A stretch of DNA of 64,000 bases from Tubiluchus corallicola (Eukaryota; Animalia; Priapulida), in contig JAQGDQ010000748.1 in assembly GCA_030141605.1 (NCBI GenBank), forward strand, positions 1 to 64,000, in the 5' to 3' direction. Positions 61,607 to 64,000 of this stretch are shown piece after piece. A program made the position numbers and the translations under genes. Each line of letters starts with the position of its first letter. Within the stretch, counting starts at the first letter, position 1. The notes beneath the pieces are model-generated. The model had not been told where the DNA came from and searched no databases. It was given only the letters and a program-made list of their open reading frames with translations.

Positions 61607-63014
61607 ATTTATAATGCATTAAACTCCAAATTTTAATTGGTTTGGCATTCATTACCACCAACACTAATAAAACAAAGATTGTAGACAGAATCATGGGTGT
61701 AGTTCTTTTTGGTTACGATGTTATGCTTTTAATCCAAAAACACAAAATAATTACTAATAAATAGGTATTTTGGAGTGTTTGCATATTCAAGTCAAAGAGT
61801 TCAATATTATTTATCGCTGTCAGACAGCAGTATAATTGAGCACAGACTCAGCAATGCATTATATTAAGTAATGAACTATTGGCACTGCTGAAATATCAAG
61901 TTCCTAACAATGAAAATTTAAGAGTAAGTGAATCCTTGATCTGAAACCAGTAATTGAGATTTAACATAAATCTTGCAAATAGGCAGCTAATTTCTATAAA
62001 AAAGCATGCTTTTTAGCATATATTACAAAAAAAACAAAAAAGGCACTATTCGTGACAAGTCAGCCAGATGTACAGAACTAAAAATCCTTCCAGGCAGTTA
62101 TGACCGATCAACGATAATTTCATTTACAGCATTTGATTACCATTATCAATAAAAACTCTCATTCAAGTGGCAGGTCGCGAAAATTGCACTGTCGATTTTG
62201 CTAAAGTTTTAGATAATTTAAATATTTTTTGAAGTTTTCAAGGAAGTTGTTTCTGTGAAGGTCATGAGGTCTTACAATTTACTGCATGTATGCATGCCTT
62301 TTTCTTCCCAGTATTAAATTCATATTTTGTCCAATGTATGCAGCTATAACGGTATATGTCCAAGCAATATTTGTTAGCTGCTCATGTTGTAACTAATTCA
62401 TACATTGGCATCTTTCAACCACTATAAGTTAAAAAGGTCGAACTAGCAACAAGTTTTACAAATATGCGCTTTCGTATTTTACCAAGATATAACAACTATC
62501 TTTGCCATCAGAAACTTTTTACATGCATCCAAAATATTATAAACTTTTAAGGCTATGTTTCGCCACATATTTATTATAAATACCTTGTAGTCTAGTGGAT
62601 CAATGCTTTACACTTATTGGCCAAGTTATAATAAATTTCGACTGCTTTCCCTCTAAATATTAACCATCTAGCTTAAATGCCTGGGGAGATACAACTAACT
62701 GAACCACAATCATACCTAGCACCACCCCACAAGCGGACTGGACACATTTCTGCAGCCCAGTTGATCATCTAGGATCTAGCACGGTTTCTAACCCCAGCTC
62801 AAATGTTTGGAGAGATGCAACCAAACAAAAGTTGTATGAAGTCTGTATGAATTACACTCTCATTATGACTGGAACGACTTGCACTGCTGAAGGATCGTGA
62901 ATAACAATTACCAACAGATAACATTATTATCATTATTGAACAGATATATATATTACAAGGTAATCAAATGAAGTGGCTTTGAAAACTTAATATAATTTGG
63001 TAAATAAAACATAC

Positions 63015-63104
63015 AGTTGTTTTTTCATCAAAAATCTTCAGTCCTTCTAGTGAAACATTAACAAGAACTTTCTTCTTGTGGTCTCCACTGCTTTTTACTG
63101 CAAC
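63015..63104 (-). CDS. Dab: Dab PTB domain exon (the gene continues beyond the window)
   Basis: ttttttcag|VAVKSSGDHKKKVLVNVSLEGLKIFDEKTT|gtatgt; matches Dab GEHKQKI...IS..GIKIFDEKT. Confidence 0.92.
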
Positions 63105-63158
63105 CTGAAAAAATATATTTGATTTTAATAAACAAATGTCCAAATCTAATTTCAACTA

Positions 63159-64000
63159 CAGTGGGCGCCGCTTAATAGACTCTCGGTTAATAGACTCAAC
63201 CGCTTAATTGACTCAAAAACGCAGGGTACGGGCTACTTCTATTCAAATGTACATAAAAACTGTCGGTAATTGACTCAAATAACGCTGCACAGTTGACTCA
63301 ATATTTTTGCTTCACATGCTTCAATAAGACACTTTCGTGTGACTAATAAGTTTTTGACTTTTATATCATCTTAGTTCGCTTTTGTCCTATAATATACATA
63401 GAAACAATCATGTTAAGCACCGTTTTGTTTGTAAGCAGGAATGTTTATCATACGCAAATATGCTAGCCTAGTGGTTTAGCGGTTTGCTTTTGAAGTTCTG
63501 GCTGTCTTTGCCAGAAAGTTTAATCAGTTAGATGTTGCTGTTATGCCATGGACGCAGGTACAGTACAGTAAGTACGTCACAATTATAGCAAGCGGGAGTT
63601 TACGCGAAACTACAGACGAAGCTACTTGCGGGGGAAACACAGGCATCACCAACAGTTTAAGCATGCTAAGCACTAAATATTTACAAGAATTTGTGTATCA
63701 TACAACAACAGATTTTTAACGCTTTTGTGACTATGAGAACTTTGTGAGCCAACTTCTTTGCGATAAAATGAAAAAGCCGACTTTGAAGTAACTTTTGCAA
63801 ATAAACAGACTTGTGTGATTTAGAAAAGTATGCTTTTTAATTTATTACTAATTCACTTATATAAATTAATATTTTTTCTAATTTTTAACTGCACAAAAAT
63901 ATTGTATAGTATTACTATACCAGTAATACTACAACCATCGGTTAATACATGTAGGTTAATTGGGTCAAAACACATCGGGTCCAAAGTGAGTCTATTAAAC
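63159..64000 (+). mobile_element. MITE family A copy (right TIR cut by the window edge)
   Basis: TA|CAGTGGGCGCCGCTTAATAGACTC...GTGAGTCTATTAA; collinear with 7648-8479. Confidence 0.9.

Overview
AT-rich, intron-containing animal (invertebrate) genomic DNA. Host genes: fuzzy (FUZ, CDS in one exon), a Gln-repeat protein with a single C2H2 finger, the RING E3 ligase Topors (4 coding exons, about 890 aa), a Gly/Tyr/His/Asp/Lys repeat protein (about 53 x GYGKGGYGHDD), an uncharacterised charged protein with a duplicated exon pair, and the 3' part of a Disabled (Dab) PTB endocytic adaptor. Mobile DNA: the 3' end of one BEL/Pao LTR retrotransposon, a young full-length BEL/Pao element of a second family (705-bp LTRs, GTATT target duplication), many TIR MITEs (pogo/Tigger-, hAT-, Harbinger- and MULE-like), tRNA-SINEs and LINE remnants. 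Top observation: the full-length BEL element has no tRNA primer-binding site, but removing a GT-AG intron inside its LTR creates a sequence complementary to the 14 nt right after the LTR. The LTR of the second BEL family has the same intron geometry. This suggests a self-primer for reverse transcription that is assembled by splicing, and it predicts a specific sequence outside the window. All coordinates, splice models and family assignments were read by eye; no searches were run.
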